Below, piece by piece: positions 1-10,065 of a DNA stretch of 64,000 nucleotides. Position numbers and translations under genes: made by a program. The stretch covers positions 576,001-640,000 of the forward strand of contig CAVZJB010000004.1 of NCBI GenBank assembly GCA_963775425.1. The letters are read 5' to 3'. The notes under the pieces were generated by a model that did no database searches, had not been told where the DNA came from, and saw only the letters and a list, made by a program, of their open reading frames with translations. How positions within the stretch are numbered: position 1 is the stretch's first letter; the number at the start of each line of letters is the position of its first letter. The stretch is from an uncultured delta proteobacterium. Lineage in GTDB: Bacteria > Myxococcota > UBA727 > VGSZ01.

Positions 1-34
1 GTCCTCGAGTAGACCGCTCGACGGGGCGCGCCGC

Positions 35-289
35 TCAGCGCCGGCGGCCGGCGTCGGCGCGGCCGTCGTCGACGAAGCCCGCGTCGAACGCGACGCCGGC
101 GTCCACGGGTGGCCCCGCGTCGGCCGGGTCGAAGTCGTCGGGCGGCGAGCGCACCTGGCAACCGCCGCGGACGCACACGAGGGGGAGGCAATCGGTGTCG
201 TCGACGCAGCGGGCGTCGGGGATCGCGCAGCCGGTGACGCCGAGCGCGATCGAGCAGAAGAAGAGGCGAGCGAGGATGTGTCGGCTCAT
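35..289 (-). CDS. small Cys-rich putative lipoprotein with DAG low-complexity tail
   Basis: Signal peptide ending in lipobox-like VTG-C; CxxDxDCxxxxCxxGxC knot; repeated DAG motifs typical of myxobacterial lipoproteins. Confidence 0.6.
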   Translation of the reverse strand: MSRHILARLFFCSIALGVTGCAIPDARCVDDTDCLPLVCVRGGCQVRSPPDDFDPADAGPPVDAGVAFDAGFVDDGRADAGRRR

Positions 290-326
290 AGCTCCAGTCT
301 GGACTCTCGCACAGCCTCCCGAGACT

Positions 327-340
327 CATGCATATACATG
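327..340. promoter_or_regulatory. AT-rich near-palindrome, putative MarR operator
   Basis: CATGCATATACATG (one mismatched pair) in the divergent intergenic region just upstream of the MarR gene. Confidence 0.45.
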
Positions 341-373
341 TCATGTTGTATCAGGTGGGCTATCGTCCACGCC

Positions 374-799
374 GTGAACGATCGCGACCTGACCCGCCGC
401 ATGTTCCGGGAGTGCTTCGCGTTCCGCGTCCGCCGGGCGTCGCGCGTCATCTCGCGCACGTATGACCAGGCCCTACAGGACGTCGATCTGACGGCGACGC
501 AGCTCATGGTGTTGTCGGCCATCGTCAACCGCCCCGACTTGAAGATGGCCGAGCTCGCCGACGAGCTCGGCCTCGAGGCGTCGACGTTCTCACGCGCCAC
601 AGCGCTGCTGGTCCGCCGCAAGCTCTTGCGCCGCACGTCCAGCTCCAGCCGCCGCGAGCGCTTCTTCGCGGTCACCCCTGCCGGCCGCCGCAAGATCCGC
701 GCGGCGTTCTCGCGCTGGGAGAGCGCGCAGGCGCAGGTGCGCCATCAGATCGGCGCCGACATCTTCGCGTCGCTGACACGCGCGCTGAGCGCGCTGTAG
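374..799 (+). CDS. MarR-family winged-helix transcriptional regulator
   Basis: CFAFRVRRASR..YDQAL..LTATQ..ELADELGLEASTFSR..LLRR..RER..VTPAG pattern. Start uncertain (GTG 374 or ATG 338). Confidence 0.88.
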   Translation: MNDRDLTRRMFRECFAFRVRRASRVISRTYDQALQDVDLTATQLMVLSAIVNRPDLKMAELADELGLEASTFSRATALLVRRKLLRRTSSSSRRERFFAVTPAGRRKIRAAFSRWESAQAQVRHQIGADIFASLTRALSAL

Positions 800-829
800 G
801 GCGAAGCCGCCGCCGCGCGCAGGCGCCGC

Positions 830-3265
830 TCACATCGGCAGGTTGAACACGAACGACGTCCCCTGCCCCACGGTGCTCTCGACACGCAGCGCTCCGCCGT
901 GCGACTCCACGATGCCTTTGCTGATGGTGAGGCCGAGGCCGGTGCCCTTCTCCGCGTGCTCCGGCGCGGACCAGAAGGGCTCGAAGAGGCGCTGCAGCCT
1001 GTCGGCGGCGATCCCGGCGCCCTGGTCGGACACCGACACCTCCACCTCACTCGTCGTCCGCCGACAACGCACGGTGACCACGCCTCCGCGCGGCGAGAAC
1101 TTGATGGCGTTGCCGAGGAGGTTGGCGAGGAGCTGCAAGACGCGCCGGCGGTCGCACGATACGACGGCGCCGGCGAGCGCGTCGTCGAAGCGCACCTCGA
1201 CCCCGAGCGCGGTGGCGGCCGGCTGCTGCTCGTCGATGGCTTCGCGCACCGCGGCGGAGAGGTCTTCCCGCTTCTTCACCACCGCGAGCCGGCCCGCCTG
1301 GATGCTCGCCATGTCGAGCAGGTCGCTGATCAAGCGCTCCATGCTGCGCACGCCGCGCCGGATGCTCTCCACGTGGGCGCAGGCGGCCGCGTCGGCGGCG
1401 AGGTGCTTGTGCAGCAGCGTGGCAGCGAGGGCGACCGCGCTCAACGGGTTCTTCAGGTCGTGCGAGACCACCGCGAGCACCTCTTCGCGTGTACGTACCG
1501 CTCTTTGGGCGTGCTCGTAGAGCCGCGCGTTGTCCACCGCGAGCGAGGCACGGCGCGCGAGCTCGCTCATCACGGCGACGTCGACATCGTCGAAGCGGCG
1601 CCCGGACCCGGCCTGCACGAAGGTGAGCGCCCCCATGACGCGCTCCCGCGCCCGCAACGGGGCGATGAAGATCGACCGGAGGCCCAGCGCGCGCACCAGG
1701 GTGCGCACCTCCTCGTCGGCGATGCCCGCGGCGTCTTCATCGGTGAACCACGGCATCAGCTCCGGGTTCCCCGTGGCCAGGACCCGCGACAGCATCGGGT
1801 GGTCGACGGACGGGACACCCTGGTGCTCGTCGATCGCCAGCGCGCGGCGTCGCGCGAACCGCTCCACGATGTCGAGCTTCGTGGGGTCCTCGTGCGCCAT
1901 CGCGAGCTGGTGCACGCGTTTCCCCTCGCCCTCGTCGGGCACCACGTCCACCACGCACCAGTCCGCGATGCGCGGCACCACGAGGTTGGCGACGCGATCC
2001 AGCGTGATGCGCGGGTCGAGCGAAGAGGCGAGGAGCTTGGTGGCCTCCGAGAGGAATCGCTCCTTGTCTTCCTCACGGGTTCGCTCGTCGACGTCGAGGA
2101 GCACGGCCACCGCTTCAACATGCCGGCCCGCGTCGTCGACGACGGGCGCCGCCACCACCGAGACACGACGGTCGGTGCCGGTGCGATGATCCCTCACGAG
2201 CAGGTCGCGGGTGCTGCCCTCGCCGCGCAGGGCGCGCACGAGCGGGAGGTCGTCCACCGCCAGCGGCTTCCCCGTGCTGGGGTCGCACGGGCGGTCGCCT
2301 TCGCACGCGTCGAGCCGGGGGCCGTCGCTCTCTCCGGGCTCCCGCGCGATGCCCAGCATCTCGCGCGCCGTTGCGTTCCAGCGCTTGAGCCGGCGCGCGC
2401 CGGCGATGAGCACGGCGGCGGGAATGCTCTCGATGACGGCCTCGAGCTCGGCGGCGGTGTGCTCCGCGCGCGTCTGCGCATCGCGCACGTCGGTGACCTC
2501 GCCGGCGACGATGCCTGCGCCCAGCGTGTCGCCGTTCGCCGATCGCACGGGAAAGAAGCTCGCGAGGAAGCACCGCGCGCGCCCCCCGGGCGCCGCGCGC
2601 TTGGTGAATTCGACGTTCACCAACGGCTCGCCGGTCTCGATCACGTGGCGCACCGCGCTCGCGATGAGGGTGCCGTCTTCGCCGGACTCCTCCTCGATGC
2701 TCCGGCCGACCTGCTCGGAGAGGGAGCGGCCGTCGAAGTCCGCGAGCGCGGCGTTGATTCGCCGGTAGCGAAGGTCGGTGCCGACGAAGGCGATGCCATG
2801 CGGAGAGGCCGCCAGCAGCGCGTCGAGGGTCGCCGCCGTGTGCTCCGCCTGCGCGAACAGCGCGTCATCGGCTCTCGTGTCGACGAGCGCGTGTGCCATT
2901 GCGAGGTCGATCGCCGCGTTGAGCGCACGCAGCTCGGCGTGCGCCGTGGCCGCGCCCCGGCGCTCGCGTTGCCACACGTCGAGCACGACGCCGCGCAGCG
3001 CCGCGAGCTCGATCGCCGCCGGATGCAGGTCGAGCTTCGGGCGGAGCGCGGGAGCGGGCGCCGCCGAAGGGCCCGCGCGCGCCGCCGCGTCCACCGCGGC
3101 GGCGACCTCGTCGACGAGCCGCGGAACGTCGAAGATAGGCTGCGTCCGCTCGGGCGCCTCGTCGAACGTCGGGCGCCGCTGCTCGAAGCCGCGCAAGATC
3201 TCGTCGCGGAACCGGGCGAACGAGGCGACCGGGCTCTCGTCGACGGGGCGGACGCTCGACGCCAT
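830..3265 (-). CDS. PAS-PAS-GAF sensor histidine kinase
   Basis: H-box VSHDLKNPL, N-box NLLGNAIKF, G-boxes DQGAGI and GTGLGL; GAF (ADWCVVD..LAVDNARLY); two PAS-like domains. Start taken at ATG 3265. Confidence 0.93.
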   Translation of the reverse strand: MASSVRPVDESPVASFARFRDEILRGFEQRRPTFDEAPERTQPIFDVPRLVDEVAAAVDAAARAGPSAAPAPALRPKLDLHPAAIELAALRGVVLDVWQRERRGAATAHAELRALNAAIDLAMAHALVDTRADDALFAQAEHTAATLDALLAASPHGIAFVGTDLRYRRINAALADFDGRSLSEQVGRSIEEESGEDGTLIASAVRHVIETGEPLVNVEFTKRAAPGGRARCFLASFFPVRSANGDTLGAGIVAGEVTDVRDAQTRAEHTAAELEAVIESIPAAVLIAGARRLKRWNATAREMLGIAREPGESDGPRLDACEGDRPCDPSTGKPLAVDDLPLVRALRGEGSTRDLLVRDHRTGTDRRVSVVAAPVVDDAGRHVEAVAVLLDVDERTREEDKERFLSEATKLLASSLDPRITLDRVANLVVPRIADWCVVDVVPDEGEGKRVHQLAMAHEDPTKLDIVERFARRRALAIDEHQGVPSVDHPMLSRVLATGNPELMPWFTDEDAAGIADEEVRTLVRALGLRSIFIAPLRARERVMGALTFVQAGSGRRFDDVDVAVMSELARRASLAVDNARLYEHAQRAVRTREEVLAVVSHDLKNPLSAVALAATLLHKHLAADAAACAHVESIRRGVRSMERLISDLLDMASIQAGRLAVVKKREDLSAAVREAIDEQQPAATALGVEVRFDDALAGAVVSCDRRRVLQLLANLLGNAIKFSPRGGVVTVRCRRTTSEVEVSVSDQGAGIAADRLQRLFEPFWSAPEHAEKGTGLGLTISKGIVESHGGALRVESTVGQGTSFVFNLPM

Positions 3266-3310
3266 GCGGAGACATAGGAGCGCCCTTTGAATCGGCCAAA
3301 CAAGAATCAA

Positions 3311-3333
3311 GCGACCGGAGGGAGCGGCCGCGC
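3311..3333 (+). repeat. dispersed short repeat (REP-like), copy 1
   Basis: GCGACCGGAGGGAGCGGCCGCGC; same core at 36529-36550 and tandemly at 63531-63611. Confidence 0.7.
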
Positions 3334-3625
3334 TGATCACAGGACCCACCGCTGCGTGCCGCGGTCGATTCCGTGCCGCGGATCCACGACCGAATCGATT
3401 TCATCTCCGCCGCGAATGCGTCGGCTCGGGCGCGCCGCGCCCCCCCGCGCGTGACGCGAGCCCAAACAAAACGTGCATTCTGTTTCATCGCCGTCGCCGG
3501 GCGGTCTCCGCCATCCCTGACGGCGCGGGGTGCGACACGGCGAAGATCCGGGCTGCGACAGGCCGGCGCCGCCCCCCACCCCTCGAGGCCGCTTGTCCTA
3601 TCCTCGCCGTTCCCCGGGGATTCAC

Positions 3626-6600
3626 ATGAAGCGTCTCGTCCTGCTCGCGCTGCCCGCCCTCCTCGCCGACTGCCTGTGCGGCGCGCCGCCGGTGCCGAAC
3701 CCGCCGCCCATCAAGGCAGCACCCACGGGCTTCTTCATCGGCGAAGCGTTCTCCGACGGGGAGAGCGTCGGCGGTGTGCGGGTGAGCGTGTACGGGACCA
3801 CCGCGTCGGCCACCAGCGTCGCCGGCAAGCAGTTCGTGCTCCAGCCCATCCCGGTCCGCACGCACACCGTCGACATGGCGAGCGCGGACGGTCGCTTCGC
3901 CACCCGCTTCCAGCAGGCGCTCGACGCAGGCGGCGAGACGGTCTTGCTGAGCGCCGGCGACACCACGCTGCGGGCGCCCGCCACGCTGACGGGAACCGTC
4001 GTGCTCTCCGACGGCCAGAGCCCCGTCGGCGCCGTCGTCTACCTCGTGCAGGGAGACGCCGATCAGGTGGCCCCCGTCGGCGACGACGGCACGTTCTCGC
4101 TGAGCCCGCTCCCCGTCGGCCACGTCGCCATCGGCGTGAGCAAGGCCGGCTACGACATCGACCGCGAGGAGGTCGATCTCGCCGAGGGGACCCAGGACTT
4201 CGGCAACGCCATCCAGCTCTCACCGCTGCAGGACACCGCCGCGCTCGTCAACATCACCAGCAAGGTGTTGCTCGCGGGCGAGACGGATCACTCGGGCACC
4301 ACGGTGCTCGTCGACGACGGCGATCAGATCGTCATCACCGACGCCGCCGGCAGCTTCACCGCCGCCGTCGCCCCCGGGCGCCACTCGCTCACCGCGGAGC
4401 GCCCGGGCTTCGACACGGTGGAGCTGCCGAGCGTCAGCGTCAGCGAGAGCGGGAGCGTCGACGAGGGGCTCGTCGAGATCTTCCTCGCGCCGTCGACGGC
4501 ATCGAACGCCGCGCCGCCGCCGCCGCCGCCCGGCGACGGGCCGGTGCTCACCATCGAAGCGCCGGCCGCGGGGTCCGAGCTCACCGCGGGCGTACCGCTG
4601 CCGTTCACGGCGAGCATCGCGAACGTGTCGCCCACGAGCCCGCTTCTGTCGCAGATCGAGTGGCGCGTGCGCGTCGTCGGCGACAGCGATCCGGGCGCGC
4701 TGCTCGGCACGGGCTCCGTGCTCGCCGCCACGCTGCCGGCCTCGCTCGCGGGCGAGCTCCTCGAGATCACCGCGGAGGTCCCCGGCGAGGACCTCCTCGA
4801 CAGCGTCGCGGTCAGCGCGCGCCAATTCCTCAAGAGCGAGGTGCGCCCGGGCATCGACGCCGTGCTCGTCCCGCCGCCGGCGGCCACCGTCGCCGCCGAC
4901 GGCGTCCTGGAGGTGCACATCCAGCAGGGCCACCCCGCCATCCTCGCGCCCGCCGACGCAGTCAGCGTCTCGTGGACCAGCGACACGGGCCTCGACTTCG
5001 CGCAGCAGGTCGACCTCGGGGTGCTCCCCGTCGGCACGCACACGTTCACGGCGCACGTGGCGACGCCCGACGGCCTCGTGGACGCGCTCGACGTGCGCGT
5101 CATCGTCGACGCGCTGCAGTTCGACCTGACGGTGGTGCAGCCGGCCGCCGGCACCGTGTTTTTCACGGACCAGCCGCTGCCGCTGCAGGTGCAGGTCACC
5201 CACGGCTTCGAGCCGGTGTTCCCGCAAGCCGCGGTGGCCTGGCGCACCGACGCGGGCACGCAGCTCGCCGCCGGCGCCATCGCCAGCACCTTCAGCGCGC
5301 CCACCGGCTCGCAGGCGCTCCTCGTCGACGTCACCGACGCCGTCGGCAACGTGCGCAGCGCCGTGGTGGACTACCAGCTCGAGCCCATCTCGTTCACCGC
5401 GAGCTTCAACGCCCCGGCCGACAACCTCGACGTGCAGCAGGGCGACCCGGTCACGTTCAACATCGGCTTCTCCCACAGCCGCGTCGCCAGCGACGACCCG
5501 AGCGTCACCGTCAGCCTCACCTCCAACCTCCAGGGCCCCATCGGCAGCGGCGCCCCCAACAGCGACATCACCGTCACCGACCTCGTCCCCGGCACGCACA
5601 CCATCACCGCGCGCGTGGTCGCCGGCGGGCGCATCGCCACCGCCACGCACACGGTCGTCGTCGAGGCGCCGTTCGTCACCGCCACGGTGACGCAGCCGGC
5701 GCTCCACAACGTGCTCGCGCTCGACGGCACCGCCATGCGCTTCACCGTGCAGGTGGGCGCGTCGCAGGGCGCCACGCCGCGCGTGAGCTGGCTCCTCGAC
5801 GGACAGGAATTCGACCCCGCCTGGGACAACTACGGCGCCGACCCGCTCGCGGGCGCCGTGCGCAGCGACGTCAATCTCGGCAACTACACGCAGGGCGCCG
5901 GCATCTTTGCCGACCCCCGCTGGGGCGCCGGCGCGCACGTCGTGCAGGCGTGGGTGCGGCTCGACGACCCGGCCGTCGAGGCGCTCGGCTGCACCAACGC
6001 AGGCGTCGCCTCCCGCTGCGTCTCCATCAACGTGCAGGTGTTCCAGGCCCTTGAGGACAAGGGGCTGGCCGGCGACGTCACGCTCACGTCCACGGACCCC
6101 GTGGAGCGCTGGTCCGGCGGCATCGTGCTCCACAGCCGCTACTTCATCGAGGGCGGCACGCTCATCATCGACCCCGGCACCACCGTGGTGGTCGACATGG
6201 CCAACCGCACAAACCCGGCCAACCAGGACTCGAGCGGCGGCCGCGGCATCCAGCTCCGCGAGGGGACGCTCCAGGTGGGCGGCGCGGGCAACGTGCCGCC
6301 GGTGGTGTTTCAAACGCGCAAGCAGTTCGCGCAAAACAACAACTGGGACGGCATCCGCAACCTGTCGGGCGCGCCCGGCGGCGCGCTGCGGGTGTTGTCG
6401 CTGCAGAACGTCGTGGTTCGCGACGCGAACGCGGGCGTGAACCTGGGCTTCACCTCCATGCTGCCCGACGCCGAGCCGACGTTCGAAAACGTGCGCGTGG
6501 AAAATTCCGACCGGGGCATCACCGTGGCGTGTCCGTCGACCTTCAACGGCGTCTCCTTCGCCAACATCCGCAACGAAGCGCTCACCCTGCAGGACGACGC

Positions 6601-8839
6601 GCTGTGCCCGCCCTCCACCGACATCGCCAACGTCGACATCGAGGGCGCCGGCACCGGCATCCTGGTGTCCAACCGCAGCGCGGTACGCACCTACAACTTC
6701 ACGAACATCGTCGTGGACGGCGCCGGGACGGGCATCGACCTGCGCGACAACGTCGAGGCCACGGTGGACGGGAGCTCGTTCAAGAACGTCGGGCCCGGGA
6801 ATCAGTTCTCCGAAGCCGTGCTCATGTTCGGGACCAACGGCTCGCTCGAGGTCACAAACAGCACGTTCGAAAACGACGGCGCGGGCGTGGTCTTTCAGGT
6901 GAGCGCCGCGGGACATCTCGAGGTCGACGGCAACAGCTTCACGCGCTCCACCCGCGCCGTGCGCACGCTCACGCAGGGGACGGCGGACATCCACTTGAAC
7001 AGCTTCATCCAGAGCAGCTCGTTCGACATCGCACAGGAGAGCTCCCACGCCGTCGACGTCGACGCCCGCGGGAACTTCTTCGGCGACTTCGGCGACGCGA
7101 GCACCACAGGCGGCCAGATCGCACGCGCCCCCACGGGCCTCGCCGTCCCGCTCAGCCGCATCCTCGACGGGTTCGATGACACCAACTCGTCCATCATCCG
7201 CGTCGACAACCCCTTGCCGACGGCGTCCCTCCCCGAGGCGTACATCAGCGAGCCCACCAACACGGAGACGTACACCAACGACACGTGCATCCCGTTCGTG
7301 GCGGCGGCGCCGCTGTCGGGCATCGACGTCGACGCTTGCACCTGGTCCATCTTCCCCATCGGCGGCGATCCCGCCGCCGGCACCGCGGTCACCGTGCAGG
7401 CGGGCTGCGCGCAGGACGCCGTCGCCTCCGGCGACCACGGCGTGGCCCTCACGTGCGGCGGCGTGCTCGAGCAGGTCTCCCGGTTCCACGTCGACGACAC
7501 GCACCTGCCCTCGCGCATCCAGCCCCCCGGGCTCACCGTGGCGGCGGGCACCACGCGCACCGTCGGCGGCGACATCATCGTCGAGCCCGGCGCCACCCTC
7601 ACCCTCGAGCCCGGCAGCCATCTCCTCGTCTCGGCCGGCGACGCCGCGCACGACACGCTGCCCGCCACCGACGGCGGCCGCCTCGGCTCCAACGGCAAGA
7701 GCGAGCTCATCGTCCAGGGCACGTTGGCGGTCGGCGCGCCGGGGGCGTCGTCCGACGTGGTGATCGAGCCGACGTCGGCGGGAGCGAGCCCGGGGTTCTG
7801 GGGCGGCATCATCACCGCGCGCGGCGGCGTCGCCACCTTCGACCACGCGGTGATCAACGGCGCATCCACGGTGTCCATCGGCGACTTCGCCACCAACGAT
7901 CCGTTCACCGCTCCCGATGTGCGCTTCCGCGATGTCAGCATCGCCAACGTCACCGACGTCAGCCGCGGCGTGTGCCCCCGTGAGCTCACGCGCGTGGACC
8001 TGGACAACGTCGACCTCGGCGCGTTCGACTGCAACGCCGCCGCCGACTTCATCGTCACCGGCGGGACCTGGACCAACCTCAAGTCGAGCCAGAGCATGAT
8101 GCGCATCGACAACTTCACTACGCGTATCGTGGACCCCGCCGTCACCATCGACGGCCTGTCGCTCCACGGCTCCACGAGCAACGCGTCCGCGATCGAGATG
8201 CGCGGCGTGGTCGCCAACCTCTTCGTGAGCAATTCCACCTTCGAGGCCTTTGGGCGGCTGGTCACGGCCACCACCACGGCCGGCACCCTCAACGTCGCGG
8301 ACTCCACCTTGCGGCAGTTCACGGACAGCAACCAAGGCCTCTTCGAGGTCCTGGGCAACAGCTCGGTCGACGTGTCCCACAGCCTCATCCAGGGGGGACC
8401 GCACCTCGTCACGTTCGACTGCGGCTCGTTCACGTTGCGCGACAGCCGCGTGGTCGACGTGCCGGTGCCCTTCAACAACCTGAGCACCCAGGCCTTCGAC
8501 GCGCTCACGGTCAACGGGTCCCAATTCGAAAACGCCCAGGACGTGTTCGACATCGACTCCGTCTCGAACAACGCCGGCGTCGCCCTCGGCTACGACCTGT
8601 CGGGAAACAACTTCATCGGCACCACGGACAAGGTGCTCCGCATCCGCAACACGGCCACGGCGCTGCAGACGCAGTACGACCTCTCGGGCAGCTTCTTCGG
8701 CACGGGCGTGGACACCAACGCCGAGGTCGAGGCGCTGATCACGGACCCGCGCACCGACGCATCCCCGTCCGACCAGATCGTCGGCAAGACCGACTACAGC
8801 GGCTTTTCGACGTCGGCGCTCACCCTGGGGACGCCGTGA
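3626..8839 (+). CDS. giant (~1737 aa) surface (lipo)protein: carboxypeptidase-regulatory-like and Ig-like domains plus right-handed beta-helix regions
   Basis: MKRLVLLALPALLADC signal; beta-sandwich repeats (DGTFSLSPLPVG, AAGSFT..APGRHSLTAE); poly-Pro linker; parallel beta-helix signatures (TLIIDPGTTVVV, WDGI, TLTLEPGS, FWGGI, N-ladder). Confidence 0.85.
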   Translation: MKRLVLLALPALLADCLCGAPPVPNPPPIKAAPTGFFIGEAFSDGESVGGVRVSVYGTTASATSVAGKQFVLQPIPVRTHTVDMASADGRFATRFQQALDAGGETVLLSAGDTTLRAPATLTGTVVLSDGQSPVGAVVYLVQGDADQVAPVGDDGTFSLSPLPVGHVAIGVSKAGYDIDREEVDLAEGTQDFGNAIQLSPLQDTAALVNITSKVLLAGETDHSGTTVLVDDGDQIVITDAAGSFTAAVAPGRHSLTAERPGFDTVELPSVSVSESGSVDEGLVEIFLAPSTASNAAPPPPPPGDGPVLTIEAPAAGSELTAGVPLPFTASIANVSPTSPLLSQIEWRVRVVGDSDPGALLGTGSVLAATLPASLAGELLEITAEVPGEDLLDSVAVSARQFLKSEVRPGIDAVLVPPPAATVAADGVLEVHIQQGHPAILAPADAVSVSWTSDTGLDFAQQVDLGVLPVGTHTFTAHVATPDGLVDALDVRVIVDALQFDLTVVQPAAGTVFFTDQPLPLQVQVTHGFEPVFPQAAVAWRTDAGTQLAAGAIASTFSAPTGSQALLVDVTDAVGNVRSAVVDYQLEPISFTASFNAPADNLDVQQGDPVTFNIGFSHSRVASDDPSVTVSLTSNLQGPIGSGAPNSDITVTDLVPGTHTITARVVAGGRIATATHTVVVEAPFVTATVTQPALHNVLALDGTAMRFTVQVGASQGATPRVSWLLDGQEFDPAWDNYGADPLAGAVRSDVNLGNYTQGAGIFADPRWGAGAHVVQAWVRLDDPAVEALGCTNAGVASRCVSINVQVFQALEDKGLAGDVTLTSTDPVERWSGGIVLHSRYFIEGGTLIIDPGTTVVVDMANRTNPANQDSSGGRGIQLREGTLQVGGAGNVPPVVFQTRKQFAQNNNWDGIRNLSGAPGGALRVLSLQNVVVRDANAGVNLGFTSMLPDAEPTFENVRVENSDRGITVACPSTFNGVSFANIRNEALTLQDDALCPPSTDIANVDIEGAGTGILVSNRSAVRTYNFTNIVVDGAGTGIDLRDNVEATVDGSSFKNVGPGNQFSEAVLMFGTNGSLEVTNSTFENDGAGVVFQVSAAGHLEVDGNSFTRSTRAVRTLTQGTADIHLNSFIQSSSFDIAQESSHAVDVDARGNFFGDFGDASTTGGQIARAPTGLAVPLSRILDGFDDTNSSIIRVDNPLPTASLPEAYISEPTNTETYTNDTCIPFVAAAPLSGIDVDACTWSIFPIGGDPAAGTAVTVQAGCAQDAVASGDHGVALTCGGVLEQVSRFHVDDTHLPSRIQPPGLTVAAGTTRTVGGDIIVEPGATLTLEPGSHLLVSAGDAAHDTLPATDGGRLGSNGKSELIVQGTLAVGAPGASSDVVIEPTSAGASPGFWGGIITARGGVATFDHAVINGASTVSIGDFATNDPFTAPDVRFRDVSIANVTDVSRGVCPRELTRVDLDNVDLGAFDCNAAADFIVTGGTWTNLKSSQSMMRIDNFTTRIVDPAVTIDGLSLHGSTSNASAIEMRGVVANLFVSNSTFEAFGRLVTATTTAGTLNVADSTLRQFTDSNQGLFEVLGNSSVDVSHSLIQGGPHLVTFDCGSFTLRDSRVVDVPVPFNNLSTQAFDALTVNGSQFENAQDVFDIDSVSNNAGVALGYDLSGNNFIGTTDKVLRIRNTATALQTQYDLSGSFFGTGVDTNAEVEALITDPRTDASPSDQIVGKTDYSGFSTSALTLGTP

Positions 8840-10065
8840 TGACCCGCGCCCCGCTCACCTTCGCCGTCTCGCTCCTCCTCGCCGCCGCCGCCGCGCACGC
8901 GCAGGACGCCGCAGCCGCCGCCGAACACGACGCCCCCAAGGCCGACGCCGCCAAGGACGACGCGGCCAAGGACGACGCCGCCAAGGACGACGCCGCCAAG
9001 GACGACGCCGCCAAGGACGACGCCGCCAAGGACGACGGCGACGCCGCCGAGGACCACGGGCTCGCGCCCAAGAGCGGGCCGGCGCTGTACGTCGTGGACC
9101 CGAAGATCGTGAACATGGCCAAGAGCGTGGGAGCCACCGTCAGCTCGCTCATCGCCAAGACCGCGGAGCACGAGGGCTTCCGGGTGTTCACGCGCGACGA
9201 CGCCAAGGTCATCCTCGGCCAGAGCGCAGACCTGCAGGAGCTCGGCGGCGACGCCGACGGCGCGTCGCTCTCGGAGCTCGGCAAGGCCGTGGGCGCCAAC
9301 CACGTCGTCGCCGCCGTCGTCTCCGCGGTGGACCAGGACATCGTCGTGCAAGCGCGGCTCATCGACGTCAAGAAGGCGGCGGTGGTCTCGCGGCGCGAGG
9401 TCAAGGCCTCCGACTTCGGCGGCGCCCTCGTCGCCGCGGTGGAGGCGGCCACGCGCCTCGCGCTCCAGCCGGTGTTCGCCGACCAACGCGGCGTGCTCAC
9501 GTTGAAGGTGAGCGAAGAGGGCGCCAATGTCACCGTCGACGACAGCCTCGTCGGCGTCACCCCGCTCGAAAAGCCCCTCGAGCTCGCCGGCGGCCACCAC
9601 CTCTTGGTGGTGGAGAAGAAGGGCTTCATCCGCCACGCCGAGGACGTGAAGGTCACCAAGGGAGCCACCCTCGCGCGCGACGTACGCCTGCGCCCGTCGG
9701 TGGAATTCCTCGAGGACTATCGCGCGAAGAACGGCCTGTACCGAACGCTCGCGTGGACCACCACCATCGCCGGCGGAGCGCTCGCGGTCGCCGCCGGCGG
9801 CCTCGCCGTTCCGTACGCGCTCAAGTCGCAGGAGGTGCTCGACACCACCGCCGAGTACAACGCCATCCCCGACATCACGCCCGAGAAGGCGGCGGAGGGC
9901 AACGCGCTCGTCGCCCAGGCGCGCGACGAGGCGGCGCTGTGGTCCTACGCCGCCGCCGCCGCCGGCTCCGGCGCGCTCATCGCGGGCGGCGCCGCGGCGT
10001 ACTTCTGGATCTTCGGCGACGACCCCGCGCGCTACGACGGCATCGACGGTCCCGCCGCGGAGTGA
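8836..10065 (+). CDS. exported PEGA-domain protein with N-terminal TolB-N/CsgG-like domain and hydrophobic C-terminal helices
   Basis: AHA signal peptide; PEGA motif LKVSEEGANVTVDDSLVGVTPL..LAGGHHLLVVEKKGF; start overlaps stop of upstream gene. Confidence 0.85.
   Translation: MMTRAPLTFAVSLLLAAAAAHAQDAAAAAEHDAPKADAAKDDAAKDDAAKDDAAKDDAAKDDAAKDDGDAAEDHGLAPKSGPALYVVDPKIVNMAKSVGATVSSLIAKTAEHEGFRVFTRDDAKVILGQSADLQELGGDADGASLSELGKAVGANHVVAAVVSAVDQDIVVQARLIDVKKAAVVSRREVKASDFGGALVAAVEAATRLALQPVFADQRGVLTLKVSEEGANVTVDDSLVGVTPLEKPLELAGGHHLLVVEKKGFIRHAEDVKVTKGATLARDVRLRPSVEFLEDYRAKNGLYRTLAWTTTIAGGALAVAAGGLAVPYALKSQEVLDTTAEYNAIPDITPEKAAEGNALVAQARDEAALWSYAAAAAGSGALIAGGAAAYFWIFGDDPARYDGIDGPAAE
8941..9036 (+). 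repeat. 15-bp coding tandem repeat (DDAAK)n
   Basis: GACGACGCCGCCAAG, about 6 copies. Confidence 0.9.

Noticed and set aside
4220-8524. 1434-aa antisense ORF, and similar long ORFs at 13221-16745, 26888-30427, 40942-44118, 47610-50447 and 54949-57996
   Set aside because: Shadow frames of real genes. High GC at third codon positions removes stops, and the translations have no motifs
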